Position numbers and translations under genes: made by a program. A stretch of DNA of 57,301 nucleotides, taken from NCBI GenBank assembly GCA_947088765.1, contig CAMUHU010000001.1, positions 1-57,301 of the forward strand, in the 5' to 3' direction. This DNA comes from an uncultured Clostridium sp. Its GTDB lineage: Bacteria; Bacillota; Clostridia; TANB77; CAG-508. Positions 1 to 9,996 of this stretch are shown here, piece after piece (positions within the stretch are counted from its first letter, which is position 1; the number at the start of each line of letters is the position of its first letter). The notes beneath the pieces were generated by a model, which did no database searches, was not told the origin of the DNA, and saw nothing but the letters and a program-made list of their open reading frames with translations.

Positions 1-73
1 ATTTTTAGGGCTTATGTTTAAAAATTTTTGGGACATTTTCAAAAATCATTGACAGGGAAAAATCTGTATATTT

Positions 74-559
74 TTATATCATTGGAAAATTTGGTCCTCC
101 TGGGAAATTTGGTCCAGGTCTCATTGGTGGCCTTCCTGGTCTTCTCCTTAATAATTCTTTTATAATCAAAATTCTTATTAGATCCCTTAATAAGAAATTG
201 TTTTGTCTAGGTTCTTCTACTTTTCTTACATTTTGTGAATTATTTGTTCTAACTTCATTGCTACTTTTTTTAACGTCTTTTACTTCTCTTGTTTCTTCTG
301 TCATTGCATTATAAACTTCATCTGTCATACTTCTTACCATTTCTTCATTTATTACTCCAGTAGCTCTCATACACACTTTTTGTACCATTGGTTGTATCAT
401 TCTATATATGTCTGGATATAAATTTTCTAAATCCATGTTTTCATAACTACTGCCTCTTTGCATGTCATATATATTTTCTGGCATTTGATATGTATTCTGA
501 GGTCTTATATTATAACCTAATACATTTTGCATATATTCTTCATAATTTGAATTATACAT
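74..559 (-). CDS. hypothetical protein with Pro/Gly-rich C-terminus
   Basis: 161-aa ORF with RBS AGGGAGGATAATTT directly upstream of the ATG. No family recognised. Confidence 0.5.
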   Translation of the reverse strand: MYNSNYEEYMQNVLGYNIRPQNTYQMPENIYDMQRGSSYENMDLENLYPDIYRMIQPMVQKVCMRATGVINEEMVRSMTDEVYNAMTEETREVKDVKKSSNEVRTNNSQNVRKVEEPRQNNFLLRDLIRILIIKELLRRRPGRPPMRPGPNFPGGPNFPMI

Positions 560-685
560 AAAATTATCCTCCCTAATTTATTCTCGTATATTGTATTCTT
601 CATTTTTATATTTGGTGAATATTGATTTAATTTTATATATATTCTTTATATTGAAAATGTAATTTTTTTATATGTAATCGTTATA

Positions 686-1834
686 TTAGCCTATTTTTCT
701 TTTGTGTTTTGATACTATATTAGTCGCAATCATAAATATAATAGTAAATATTAAAATAATTCCCATGTTTATTAATATTGGTTTTATTGTTTCAAAGTTT
801 ACTATTTCTAATTGTTTTATCATATCATTACTGTTTATATAATAATATGATGGTAATATATGTGCAATTTTTATTACAGTGTCTGGTAACCATTCTAAAG
901 GTACAAATGCGCCACATAAGAAGCTTGAACCCAATGCTACGACATTTATAATTCCATTTATTGCATTTTTGTTTCTTACTAAGTTTCCTATTAAAAATGC
1001 GATTGTTACAGCACAAATTGTAAATATAAATGAGTTTAAAATATATATTAGCCCATGTGTAGTAAACATTATATCTCCAATTAGAATAAAACTTAACAGT
1101 ACATAGAATATCCATAACACTATTGCAAACAGACTATTTGATATAAGTAATTGTAAATTATACTTTCTATAATTCATACTACTTATAATTGTTCTTTTTG
1201 CTATTTTTTCTTCTTTAAAACTAGAAAGTATCAGACAAATTACATATACACAACCTGCTAATATACTATAGTTTGCAAAATTGAAGAAGAAGGAAGCTTT
1301 ATTTAGATTATCTGTATCTAATTTAGAGGTAATTTGTATTTCTGTTTGCTTTGATAATGCTTCATTTATGTTATTTATTAGTTCTTCTTCATTTTCTGTA
1401 TTACCCTCATATGTATTTGCTATTTTTATATATCTTTCTAACATCATTTCTGCAAGACTTGCTTGATAATCTCCTGTACTTTTTATTTCAATTTCAGGAT
1501 TTTCTCCTTTTAAAAATTCCTCTCTATAGTTTTCTGGTATGTATATAATATAATTTACATCTCTGTAGAATAAAGCATCATTAATAGCTTGTTCATTATT
1601 TTCTATCTCTTTTATATTACTATTCTCTTTTATATACTCTATTAGGTTTTTAGTTATCCCTTCTTCTTTATCTTTATTTATAATTAAAATGTCTGGTTTA
1701 CTTGCTACAAAGTTTGTACTATTTTCACTTGTTTGCATATTAAATGCACCAAAGAAAACTAAAATTACTGTATACAAAATAATAGGCATTTTACTTTTAT
1801 TTAATACTTTTAAAAATGTTTTAAATACTGTCAT
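686..1834 (-). CDS. ABC-2 type transporter permease
   Basis: 382 aa with an N-terminal TM, a large external loop and a C-terminal cluster of TM helices. Overlaps the upstream permease ORF by 14 nt (operon). Confidence 0.75.
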   Translation of the reverse strand: MTVFKTFLKVLNKSKMPIILYTVILVFFGAFNMQTSENSTNFVASKPDILIINKDKEEGITKNLIEYIKENSNIKEIENNEQAINDALFYRDVNYIIYIPENYREEFLKGENPEIEIKSTGDYQASLAEMMLERYIKIANTYEGNTENEEELINNINEALSKQTEIQITSKLDTDNLNKASFFFNFANYSILAGCVYVICLILSSFKEEKIAKRTIISSMNYRKYNLQLLISNSLFAIVLWIFYVLLSFILIGDIMFTTHGLIYILNSFIFTICAVTIAFLIGNLVRNKNAINGIINVVALGSSFLCGAFVPLEWLPDTVIKIAHILPSYYYINSNDMIKQLEIVNFETIKPILINMGIILIFTIIFMIATNIVSKHKRKIG

Positions 1835-3011
1835 ATTTCTGCCTCCTTAAACTTGTATAAGAGATAATTACCATTATTATAGCAAATATTAGCAAACTTA
1901 TTATATTAAAATAATATCTATCTAATGTATCATAATAGTATAATGAATAAAATCCATCTGTTATCATACTAGCAGGATTTATTTTATTTATAATTGAGGC
2001 ATTTTTATCTATAATATATTTCATTGTAATTCCCATCATTCCAGACAGAAAACACCCAAACATTGTGACTGCTATAACAATTCCTGTTTTTACATTTTCA
2101 TTTGCTTTAAGTATTGTCCCAATTGCTAATCCCATTGATAGTCCAGCTAGACTTCCTACTATTCCTAATAAAATTATTAGTGGTAAATTAGTTCCATAAT
2201 CTACTTTTAATACAAATATTGTATAAATAAATAATAAAGTTAAACCTACTAATTGTGTTATATAACTTGCTAAAATACTACTAAAAATCACTTTTCCTTT
2301 TGGAGTTGGTGCTATTGATACTCTTTTTCCATTGCTACTCATATTTGCTAAATTTTTATTAATAGCAACCATTCCAAGTATTCCACCATATAAGCAAGCC
2401 ATTGCGATTAATGTGTAAAATTCTATCATTGTATAACTTAAATTGTTATTTGATATGTCTGTTATCTTTGCTTCTTGATTTTGTGTTTTTTCCAATACAT
2501 TTTTATATATTTTTTCATAATCTAAATTGTATAAATTATAAACTCCTGAACTTAGTTCTTTATTTATCTCTTTATCCATTAAACTTTCTACTATTTGTCC
2601 ACTAGTAGTAATTTCTTCTACTACATATTTTAATATTGTTTCATTAATTCCACTTGTAGTAACTACTACTTTTGGATTATCTTCTTCTAATATCATATAT
2701 CCTGTTATTTCATCTTTTTCTAATAGTTGTTTTGCTTCTTCTTCTGTAACATACTTTGTATTAAATAATCGGTCTTCATTTTCTTCATCACTTAATGTTT
2801 TAAATGCTTCTTTAAATAATTCATTATTTTGAAATTCATCATTATCTACTATTGCTATATCTATTATTTCTAATTTTTCACTATTTTCAATATTAGAAAA
2901 TGCCATATTGAAAAATGTTCCTAATATAATTGGAAAGGCAAAGGTCCAAAATATTAGCATTTTATCCCTAAAGAGAGTTTTTAAGGCATATTTAAAATTA
3001 TGTATAAACAT
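1821..3011 (-). CDS. ABC-2 type transporter permease
   Basis: 396 aa with the same topology as the neighbouring permease. Its start overlaps the ATPase stop by 1 nt (TAATG). Confidence 0.75.
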   Translation of the reverse strand: MFIHNFKYALKTLFRDKMLIFWTFAFPIILGTFFNMAFSNIENSEKLEIIDIAIVDNDEFQNNELFKEAFKTLSDEENEDRLFNTKYVTEEEAKQLLEKDEITGYMILEEDNPKVVVTTSGINETILKYVVEEITTSGQIVESLMDKEINKELSSGVYNLYNLDYEKIYKNVLEKTQNQEAKITDISNNNLSYTMIEFYTLIAMACLYGGILGMVAINKNLANMSSNGKRVSIAPTPKGKVIFSSILASYITQLVGLTLLFIYTIFVLKVDYGTNLPLIILLGIVGSLAGLSMGLAIGTILKANENVKTGIVIAVTMFGCFLSGMMGITMKYIIDKNASIINKINPASMITDGFYSLYYYDTLDRYYFNIISLLIFAIIMVIISYTSLRRQKYDSI

Positions 3012-3950
3012 TAGTCTCTAAGTTCCTTCCCTGTTAATTCTAAGAATACATCATTAAGTGTTGGTCTTTCTGAATAAATTTTATTATATCTAATACTCTC
3101 TTTCTTTAGATAATCAATTAACTCTACTAAGTTGTTTTTGCCTTTTTTATATGTAACAAGTAATATATTTCCATTGTATGTTACATCATCTACATTTTCT
3201 AGTTTTTTTATTTCCTCAATATATTTTTCATCTAAATTGTTTACCTCTACTGTTACTTTTTCTTCTATTTTTGCTAGTTCTTTTAATTCATCTGTTGTTC
3301 CTGTTGCTAACACTTTTCCTTTATCTAAGATTATTACTCTATCACATATAATTTCGACTTCTTCCATATAATGTGTAGTATAAACTATGGTTGCACCATT
3401 ATTTCTTAACTTTTGAATTCCATCTAATATATTGTTTCTGCTTTGTGGATCAACTGCAACAGTTGGTTCGTCTAGGAAAATTAGCTTTGGTTTATGTGCT
3501 ATTCCGCAGGCTATGTTTAATCTTCTTAAAAGTCCTCCTGATAATTGTTTTGGATAAAACTTTTTAAATTCCTCTAGTCCTACTAATTCTATTGCTTCCT
3601 CTATATATTGTTTTCTTATATTTTTGTCTTTTATATATAATCCGCAGAAATAGTCTATATTTTCATATACTGTTAGTTCTTCAAATACTGCTACATCTTG
3701 AAATACAATTCCTAATTTTTCTTTTATATCATAAGCATCTGGACTCATTTCTTTTCCAAATATCTTTATACTTCCTTCACTAAAATTTAATAATGATAAT
3801 ATACAATTTATTGTTGTTGATTTACCACTTCCATTTGGTCCGTAATAGTCCTAATATTTCTCCTTCATGTACTTCAAATGATAGATCGTCTATAGCTTTT
3901 AATCCTTTGTACTGTTTTGTTAAATTCTTAATTTCTATAATGTTGTTCAT
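3011..3950 (-). pseudogene. ABC transporter ATP-binding protein interrupted by a +1 frameshift at CGG
   Basis: ATG at 3950 gives MNNIIEIKNLTKQYKG...EILGLL, then CGG ACC AAA TGG AAG TGG TAA. Skipping the C (complement of 3842) restores GPNGSGKSTT (Walker A), the LSGG signature and Walker B LIFLDEPT down to 3011. Confidence 0.85.
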
Positions 3951-4015
3951 TTATTTATTCCCCTTTCTAAAAGCATAAGAGCATTAGAAATTCTATTTCT
4001 TATAACTTTTGTTAT

Positions 4016-4044
4016 ATTATAATACCTATTATAATATTTGTCTA
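4016..4044 (-). promoter_or_regulatory. sigmaA-type promoter of the ABC-2 operon
   Basis: Minus strand TAGACA, 17 nt, TATAAT. Confidence 0.6.
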
Positions 4045-4103
4045 TACCTTTTTATATAGTTGATTTTTATGTGAATTTGAAGTATAATGATATGGGAAAG
4101 TAG

Positions 4104-4143
4104 AGGCGGAAGTCATTTCTTTTTTAGATAATGACTCCCGCCT
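4104..4143 (-). terminator. hairpin downstream of the AAA+ ATPase gene
   Basis: AGGCGGAAGTCATT / AATGACTCCCGCCT arms. The single mismatch is a G:U on the minus strand. The U-tract is weak. Confidence 0.5.
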
Positions 4144-4197
4144 TGAAAAATGTATGCACATTTGGAATGTTCACAAATTAACTGTGTACATTTTCTA

Positions 4198-5400
4198 TTA
4201 TCTTTCTAATAACCATTCAATTATATTTTTGTGAATAATTCCATCTCTTGAAAAATTAGCTTTGTCTAATGAAAGAACATATTTAGGATAATTGTCTTCT
4301 ATTTCTTTAAAAGCTCCAAATTCTCTATCTTGAACTTTATCATTTTGTAATAAGTATGCAACTTGAAAATATAATTTTTCTTCTGTTTTTGTTGCAATAA
4401 AATCAATTTCTACATCTTTTGTTTTTCCTATATAAACATCATATCCTCTTTCTAATAATTCATTATATACAACATTTTCAATTGCAAAGCTCTTGTTTAT
4501 TTCAAAGTTATTGTTTTTTATCCCAGCTATTCCTAGATCTGTCATATAGTATTTATTTAATGTTTTTAAAATTGCTCTTCCATGAATATCATATCTATAT
4601 ATTTTCTTTATCATTAAAGCTTTGCATAATGCATCTAAATACATATATAATGTTTCAGTTGATACAGATTTTCCTTCGTTCTTTAAAAAATTTATAACAT
4701 TCTCTGCAGAAAATTGACGCCCCGTAGTATCTACAATATATTGTAATAATAAATTAAACAAGACTGTATCCTTTAGTCCTAATCTTTCTACTACATCTCT
4801 TAATATAATAGAATCAAATACACTATGTAGATAGTCTTTTATATTACTTTCATCAGTAAATTGGGTTCTATTAGGAAGTCCACCCCATTTAACAAAATCC
4901 CAAAAAGTTTCTTCTGATTTAGCTTCTTTATTAGTAAGCTCTATAAATTCTTTATAGCTTAATGGATAAATATTAAATAATACATATCTTCCAGATAGAA
5001 CGGTTGATAATTCATTTGATAATAGCTTACTATTAGATCCAGTAATAAATATACTTATATTATCTAAAGATGCTCTTAATGAATTTACTACATCTTCAAA
5101 TCTTTCTACTTTCTGAATTTCATCTAAAAATACATAATACTTATTATTATCTACTATTTTCTCTTTTATATATGTATTTAATTTTTTATAATCTTGTAAT
5201 TCTTCAAATTCTATAAATTCGAAATTTACATATATTATATGTTTCTCATCTATCTTTTTTTCTTTTAATTCATTCATTATTTGTTTTAAGATTACAGATT
5301 TTCCACACCTTCTTATTCCAACTAATATTTTTATAAGATCACTATCATAAAAACCTCTTATTCTTGATAAATACATTTCTCTTTTTAACATTTCTATCAC
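4198..5400 (-). CDS. AAA+ ATPase (AAA_14 / DUF4143 family)
   Basis: 400 aa with Walker A GIRRCGKS and the length and layout typical of the DUF4143 ATPase family. A consensus promoter lies upstream. Confidence 0.8.
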   Translation of the reverse strand: MIEMLKREMYLSRIRGFYDSDLIKILVGIRRCGKSVILKQIMNELKEKKIDEKHIIYVNFEFIEFEELQDYKKLNTYIKEKIVDNNKYYVFLDEIQKVERFEDVVNSLRASLDNISIFITGSNSKLLSNELSTVLSGRYVLFNIYPLSYKEFIELTNKEAKSEETFWDFVKWGGLPNRTQFTDESNIKDYLHSVFDSIILRDVVERLGLKDTVLFNLLLQYIVDTTGRQFSAENVINFLKNEGKSVSTETLYMYLDALCKALMIKKIYRYDIHGRAILKTLNKYYMTDLGIAGIKNNNFEINKSFAIENVVYNELLERGYDVYIGKTKDVEIDFIATKTEEKLYFQVAYLLQNDKVQDREFGAFKEIEDNYPKYVLSLDKANFSRDGIIHKNIIEWLLER

Positions 5401-5408
5401 CTATACTA

Positions 5409-5437
5409 ATTATAATCTAATATATTATATTTGTCAA
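5409..5437 (-). promoter_or_regulatory. consensus sigmaA promoter of the AAA+ ATPase gene
   Basis: Minus strand TTGACA, 17 nt, TATAAT. Confidence 0.7.
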
Positions 5438-5509
5438 GTTATTTCGTAAAAGAGAAATAGCCCTTTAATTTTCAAAATATCTTTCGTTTTTGAGAAATAT
5501 ATTTATAAT

Positions 5510-5535
5510 GGGCAGACACAAGGCCTGCCCCTACA
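5510..5535 (-). repeat. GTAG-headed GC-rich hairpin (REP-like)
   Basis: Plus strand GGGCAGacacaaggCCTGCCCCTACA, about 30 nt downstream of the ddh stop. Confidence 0.7.
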
Positions 5536-5565
5536 GAAAACTGCTCCCATTTCCACCTTTTTCTG

Positions 5566-6552
5566 TTATAATAAAGTTTTTATTAACTCTTCCTCTGATA
5601 ATGGACTTATTAATTGTGGTGCAATAGAGAACATTGTTCTTGCTCCACTTTCTCCATTCTTGTTCATACGATATGCTGCTCTTGCAACTGCAACTAATAC
5701 AGCTCCTGTAAATTCAGGATTTGAGGCAAGGTTCAGTTTATATTCTATTACCTCTTTGTTTCCAACTCCTGTTACTCCACTGTGAAGTACACTACCTCCA
5801 TGTGGTAATCCTGAATGTTCTCTTAATAGGTGTTCTTCACTTATGAAGTGAACTGTCGTGTCGTAGTCAGCAAAATAATTTGGCATATTCTTTATTTCTG
5901 CTTCTATTTTTACCTCATCTGCTCCCTCTTCAAGAACTACAAAACATTCTCTTAAATGCTTTTCTCTTGTTGTTAAATTAGGATTTTCTCCGTTTCTTAC
6001 ACGATTTACAGCTTCTTCGATAGGTATTGTGTATTGACGAGCATCTTTTACTCCTTCAATACGACGTATCGCATCAGAGTGTCCTTGGCTAACTCCTTTT
6101 CCCCAAAAAGTATATGTATTACCTTTTGGTAATATTGAATTAGCATATAGTCTGTTTAGTGAGAACATTCCTGGATCCCAACCACATGAGATGACTCCAA
6201 TTGTTTCTCCTCTTTTGGCTTCCTCATTAACCTTTGCATAATGCTCTGGTATTTTTGCATGTGTGTCAAAGCTATCTACTACATTAAACATTTTTGCTAA
6301 CATTGGCGTCTGCTCTGGTAAGTCTGTTGCAGATCCCCCACATGCAATCATTACATCAATTTTTCCCTTATATTCTTGAACACTATTAGTTGAAACTACT
6401 GTTACCTTTTCTTTTAATTGTGAAGCAACATCTTCTGGATTTCTTCTAGTGAATATAGCAACTAATTCCATATCTGGATTTTGTTTGATTGCCTCCAGTA
6501 CTCCTTTTCCTAAGTTTCCAAATCCATAGATTCCAATCCTAATTTTTTCCAT
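5566..6552 (-). CDS. ddh: meso-diaminopimelate D-dehydrogenase
   Basis: MEKIRIGIYGFGNLGKG Rossmann N-terminus and overall resemblance to Ddh. Start moved from the ORF-track 6606 to ATG 6552, which has a GGAAGGA RBS. Confidence 0.8.
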   Translation of the reverse strand: MEKIRIGIYGFGNLGKGVLEAIKQNPDMELVAIFTRRNPEDVASQLKEKVTVVSTNSVQEYKGKIDVMIACGGSATDLPEQTPMLAKMFNVVDSFDTHAKIPEHYAKVNEEAKRGETIGVISCGWDPGMFSLNRLYANSILPKGNTYTFWGKGVSQGHSDAIRRIEGVKDARQYTIPIEEAVNRVRNGENPNLTTREKHLRECFVVLEEGADEVKIEAEIKNMPNYFADYDTTVHFISEEHLLREHSGLPHGGSVLHSGVTGVGNKEVIEYKLNLASNPEFTGAVLVAVARAAYRMNKNGESGARTMFSIAPQLISPLSEEELIKTLL

Positions 6553-6703
6553 ATAATATCCTTCCTCTCTAAGATATAAGTCTTGATTGGTAAATAATAT
6601 TTTCAATTATTTTTCAATCTTTATCTTTTCTGTATATTATTAAAAATTATATTATATTATGATAATAGTTGCAAGTGTTTCTATTATACTTTAAAGTAAA
6701 AAT

Positions 6704-6728
6704 AGACGCCCTCTGGGCGTCCTTACAG
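6704..6728 (-). repeat. REP-like hairpin, GTAA variant, probable terminator
   Basis: Plus strand AGACGCCCtctGGGCGTCCTTACAG. On the minus strand it is followed by TATTTTTAC. It lies 24 nt after the permease stop. Confidence 0.65.
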
Positions 6729-6752
6729 TAAATGTTCAATATACGAATTTTA

Positions 6753-8843
6753 TTACTCTTCTTTTATTATATTTTTGCTTCCAAAATAAGTTGCTAGGAA
6801 ATATGCTCCATAGATTATTCCCATAACGATTACTGTTGCTATTATTGATGGTAATAAATCTTTTTTTTCGGCAAGTCCTGATAACATTTCTAATACAAAT
6901 TGTATTCCAAATATTGAGTGTATTATAGCTAATATTAATGGTATTCCAAAAAATATTCCTATTTGCCTGAACAATGCTTTGTTTATCATTTTTTCATCAC
7001 AACCTATTTTTCTTAAAATTTCATATCTTTGTTTATTGTCTGAACTTTCTGTTAGTTGTTTTAATGCTAAAATTGCAGCACTTGCTATTAAAAATATTAT
7101 TCCTAAGTAAATTGCTATAAAAGTTACTATTGTTGCTAAACCTACACTTGCTTCCATTATAGATATTTTGCTTATTCCTGTTATGTTTAATCCTTTATCA
7201 GATAATCTTTTTAATAATTCAGAATTATCACTTGAAAATATTTCTTCTACTTTTTCTATTTCTTTATCTGTCTTTGCATTATAATTTGCTACTAAAAAGC
7301 TCTTTTCTTTTGACTCCTCTGTTAAAGCACAATTATCTGGTACTAAGATAATTCCTGTATTTGTATGGCTTGTTGATATTTCAATAAATCCAGTTTTACA
7401 TTCATTATATTTTGATTTATATTGTTTTCCTGCTATTGTAAATATATTTTCACCTATACTTAACACTTGATTTCTTAACGAAGCAATATTATCAAAATTG
7501 CAAATTACTATATATTCATCATCATTTAGTTCATATTGTTCTATTCCATATAGTTTTGCTATTTTATTATAGTCTGATATTTTTACTATTTCTTCTGGTG
7601 TACTATAATTCATCATTGCGTATAATCGTTTTATATTTTCTATTTCGCTTCCAAAAAATTTTTCTAATGTTAATTCATTGGTTGCATATATTGGTATTTC
7701 TATCACATCTTTTAATACTTTCATATCTAGTCCATTATTTACTAAAGTTTCTTGTACTGTTATTCTAGAGTCTTCTTGTTGTTCTTTTGAGTATGTTACT
7801 TTATTTCCAAATCTATTTATATAACTTTCGGGTAAATTTGCTGTCTTATATAGGTTTATATCTACTGGTGTCATTTCTACTAAACCTCTCTCTAACGTGT
7901 TTCTTAAAGCTAGACTAGATGATAATATTGTAATTGTCATAAATAGCATCAAACAAATAACACTCATACTTATAACTGTTGTATTAATTTTATTATTTAT
8001 CTGTCTTAATACAAACATATTTGTACCTTTTAAGTATATATTTTTCATTATTTGTACTATTCTTAATATAAAACCTGATAAAGACCAAAATATTCCTAGC
8101 GTTCCTCCAATTCCCATTAATATTGGTGGTAACAACTTAAAAGCTTTATCCATAGATCGAATATCAGCTGTTACTTTCCAATAAGCATATCCTAAAATAC
8201 TTGCAGATATAAAAAATACTAAAATAGATATTATTGGATTTCTCATTTTTATTTCTTCATTTTTCTTTACTGCATTTAATAAATTTATAAGTTTATATCT
8301 TGAAACAGTCATAGTATTAAAGAACATTACTGCAATATACATTACTCCAAAGTATATGCAGGTTTTTATACAGGCATCTTTTGAAAATACAAACTTATAT
8401 TCATTCATATTTGCTTCAAACATTTTTGCAACTATTATTGACATAAATTGTGAGGCAAATATACCTATAATAAGTCCTACTGCAAGTGAAATTATACCTA
8501 CAAATATTGTTTCTAATAGTATGATTTTTGATATTTGTCTTTTTCCCATTCCTAGTGTCATGTATATTCCAAATTCTTTTTTTCTTCTATTGATTAAGAA
8601 ATTGTTTGCATATACAATTAGTAATCCCAATATAATTGCTACAAATACTGATATCATTCCAAGCATACTTATCATAAGTTTTATTATTTCTTTTTGTGAC
8701 TGTGATACTTGTAACATCGCTTGTTGGCTATCTAATGAGTTGAACATATAAAAGATTGCGACTCCTAATACTAATGTTAAAAAATAGATTGCATAGTCTT
8801 TTATACTTTTTTTCATATTATTCCAAGATAACTTAAATAACAT
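6753..8843 (-). CDS. FtsX-like ABC transporter permease (BceB/MacB-like)
   Basis: 696 aa with about 10 TM helices in two FtsX-type bundles separated by a large loop. Overlaps the ATPase gene by 11 nt. Confidence 0.8.
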   Translation of the reverse strand: MLFKLSWNNMKKSIKDYAIYFLTLVLGVAIFYMFNSLDSQQAMLQVSQSQKEIIKLMISMLGMISVFVAIILGLLIVYANNFLINRRKKEFGIYMTLGMGKRQISKIILLETIFVGIISLAVGLIIGIFASQFMSIIVAKMFEANMNEYKFVFSKDACIKTCIYFGVMYIAVMFFNTMTVSRYKLINLLNAVKKNEEIKMRNPIISILVFFISASILGYAYWKVTADIRSMDKAFKLLPPILMGIGGTLGIFWSLSGFILRIVQIMKNIYLKGTNMFVLRQINNKINTTVISMSVICLMLFMTITILSSSLALRNTLERGLVEMTPVDINLYKTANLPESYINRFGNKVTYSKEQQEDSRITVQETLVNNGLDMKVLKDVIEIPIYATNELTLEKFFGSEIENIKRLYAMMNYSTPEEIVKISDYNKIAKLYGIEQYELNDDEYIVICNFDNIASLRNQVLSIGENIFTIAGKQYKSKYNECKTGFIEISTSHTNTGIILVPDNCALTEESKEKSFLVANYNAKTDKEIEKVEEIFSSDNSELLKRLSDKGLNITGISKISIMEASVGLATIVTFIAIYLGIIFLIASAAILALKQLTESSDNKQRYEILRKIGCDEKMINKALFRQIGIFFGIPLILAIIHSIFGIQFVLEMLSGLAEKKDLLPSIIATVIVMGIIYGAYFLATYFGSKNIIKEE

Positions 8844-9600
8844 CGTTCAAATCACCTCCAAGAAGTGTTTGTACTTCAATTATTTTTTCAAAAAATTGTT
8901 TTCTTGTGTCATTTCCTTTTATCAATTCATTAAAGATTTTTCCGTCTTTTATAAATAGTATTCTATTTGCATAAGATGCTGTAAAAGCATCATGTGTAAC
9001 CATTAAAATAGTTGCTTGTAATTTCTGATTTAAAAATTCAAAGTTTTCTAATAATTGTCTTGCTGATTTTGAGTCTAATGCTCCTGTTGGCTCATCTGCA
9101 AGTACTAGTTTAGGATTTGTTATAATTGCTCTTGCTGATGCAATTCTTTGCTTTTGTCCTCCTGATACTTGATATGGATATTTTTTTAGTATCTCTTTTA
9201 TTCCTAATTTTTCTGCAATAGCATTTACTTTTCCATCTATTTCTGATGAACTTACTTTTTGTATTGTTAATGCAATCGCAATGTTTTCATATGCTGTTAG
9301 AGTGTCTAATAAATTAAAGTCTTGAAATATAAATCCTAGTTCTTCTCTTCTAAATCTGTTTAATTTGTTCCCTTTTAATTTTGTTATGTCTTCTCCATTA
9401 ATAATTATATGTCCTGATGTTACTTTGTCTATTGTTGATATTGTGTTTAATAATGTGGTTTTCCCCGAACCACTTGCACCCATTATACCTACGAATTCTC
9501 CTTTGTTTACATCAAAGCTAATATTGTCTATGGCTTTTGTTAAATTTGATTTACTTCCATAATATTTTTCTATGTTTTTTACTTGTAATATTTTTTCCAT
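8833..9600 (-). CDS. ABC transporter ATP-binding protein (BceA/MacB-type)
   Basis: Walker A GASGSGKTT, signature SGGQKQR, Walker B LVLADEPTGALD. RBS GGAAGGAG. Confidence 0.9.
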   Translation of the reverse strand: MEKILQVKNIEKYYGSKSNLTKAIDNISFDVNKGEFVGIMGASGSGKTTLLNTISTIDKVTSGHIIINGEDITKLKGNKLNRFRREELGFIFQDFNLLDTLTAYENIAIALTIQKVSSSEIDGKVNAIAEKLGIKEILKKYPYQVSGGQKQRIASARAIITNPKLVLADEPTGALDSKSARQLLENFEFLNQKLQATILMVTHDAFTASYANRILFIKDGKIFNELIKGNDTRKQFFEKIIEVQTLLGGDLNDVI

Positions 9601-9625
9601 GTGAAATCTCCTTCCATTTTGTTAG

Positions 9626-9689
9626 ACTTGAAAAAGATAGATTTTTAAAGTGTTAAGGGGAGACTTTAAAAAATGTATCTTTTCCAAGT
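9626..9689 (-). promoter_or_regulatory. long AT-rich hairpin immediately 5' of the ABC ATPase RBS
   Basis: ACTTGAAAAAGATAGATTTTTAAAGT / ACTTTAAAAAATGTATCTTTTCCAAGT arms of about 26 nt with an 11-nt loop. It ends about 15 nt before GGAAGGAG. Confidence 0.5.
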
Positions 9690-9699
9690 TTATTTTTAG

Positions 9700-9909
9700 T
9701 TGTTTACAGCATCACTTCATTCCGCTGCATAAGTTATCCGTAAAACTCCTCTGTCGTTAACGGCTTTTTTATTGTTTACAGCGTCACTTTGTTCCGCTGC
9801 ATAAGTTATCCGTAAAACTCCTCTGTCGTTAACGGCTTTTTTATTGTTTACAGCGTCACTTTGTTCCGCTGCATAAGTTATCCGTAAAACTCCTCTGTCG
9901 TTAACGGCT
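9700..9909 (-). repeat. three tandem 72-bp direct repeats in the leader of the BceAB-like ABC operon
   Basis: Units start at 9700, 9772 and 9844. Units 2 and 3 are identical and unit 1 differs at 3 positions. Each unit contains two short hairpins. Confidence 0.9.
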
Positions 9910-9996
9910 AACTTAACTATAACCTCTTTTTTTGATATTTGCCATCGATTTATATTACATTAACCTTACATTTTTGTAACATTTCTTTTTTACACC

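Noticed and set aside
28-40. 13-nt inverted match between the two window ends (TTGGGACATTTTC at 28-40 and GAAAATGTCCCAA at 57287-57299)
   Set aside because: Similarity stops after 13 nt on both sides. Matches of this length are expected by chance in 57 kb, and there are no associated transposase or TSD features.
6553-6606. 5' extension of the ddh ORF, with similar extensions for dxs (15477-15491), infB (35946-35984), truA (51093-51113), the AbrB antitoxin (52991-53116) and the island gene (47300-47341)
   Set aside because: Internal start codons have proper RBS spacing and match the conserved N-termini. The extensions lack RBSs or cross hairpin repeats.
9700-9909. Possible CRISPR array (regularly spaced repeats)
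   Set aside because: The 72-bp units abut one another with no unique spacers, there are only three copies, and there are no cas genes. It is a tandem direct repeat, not a CRISPR array.
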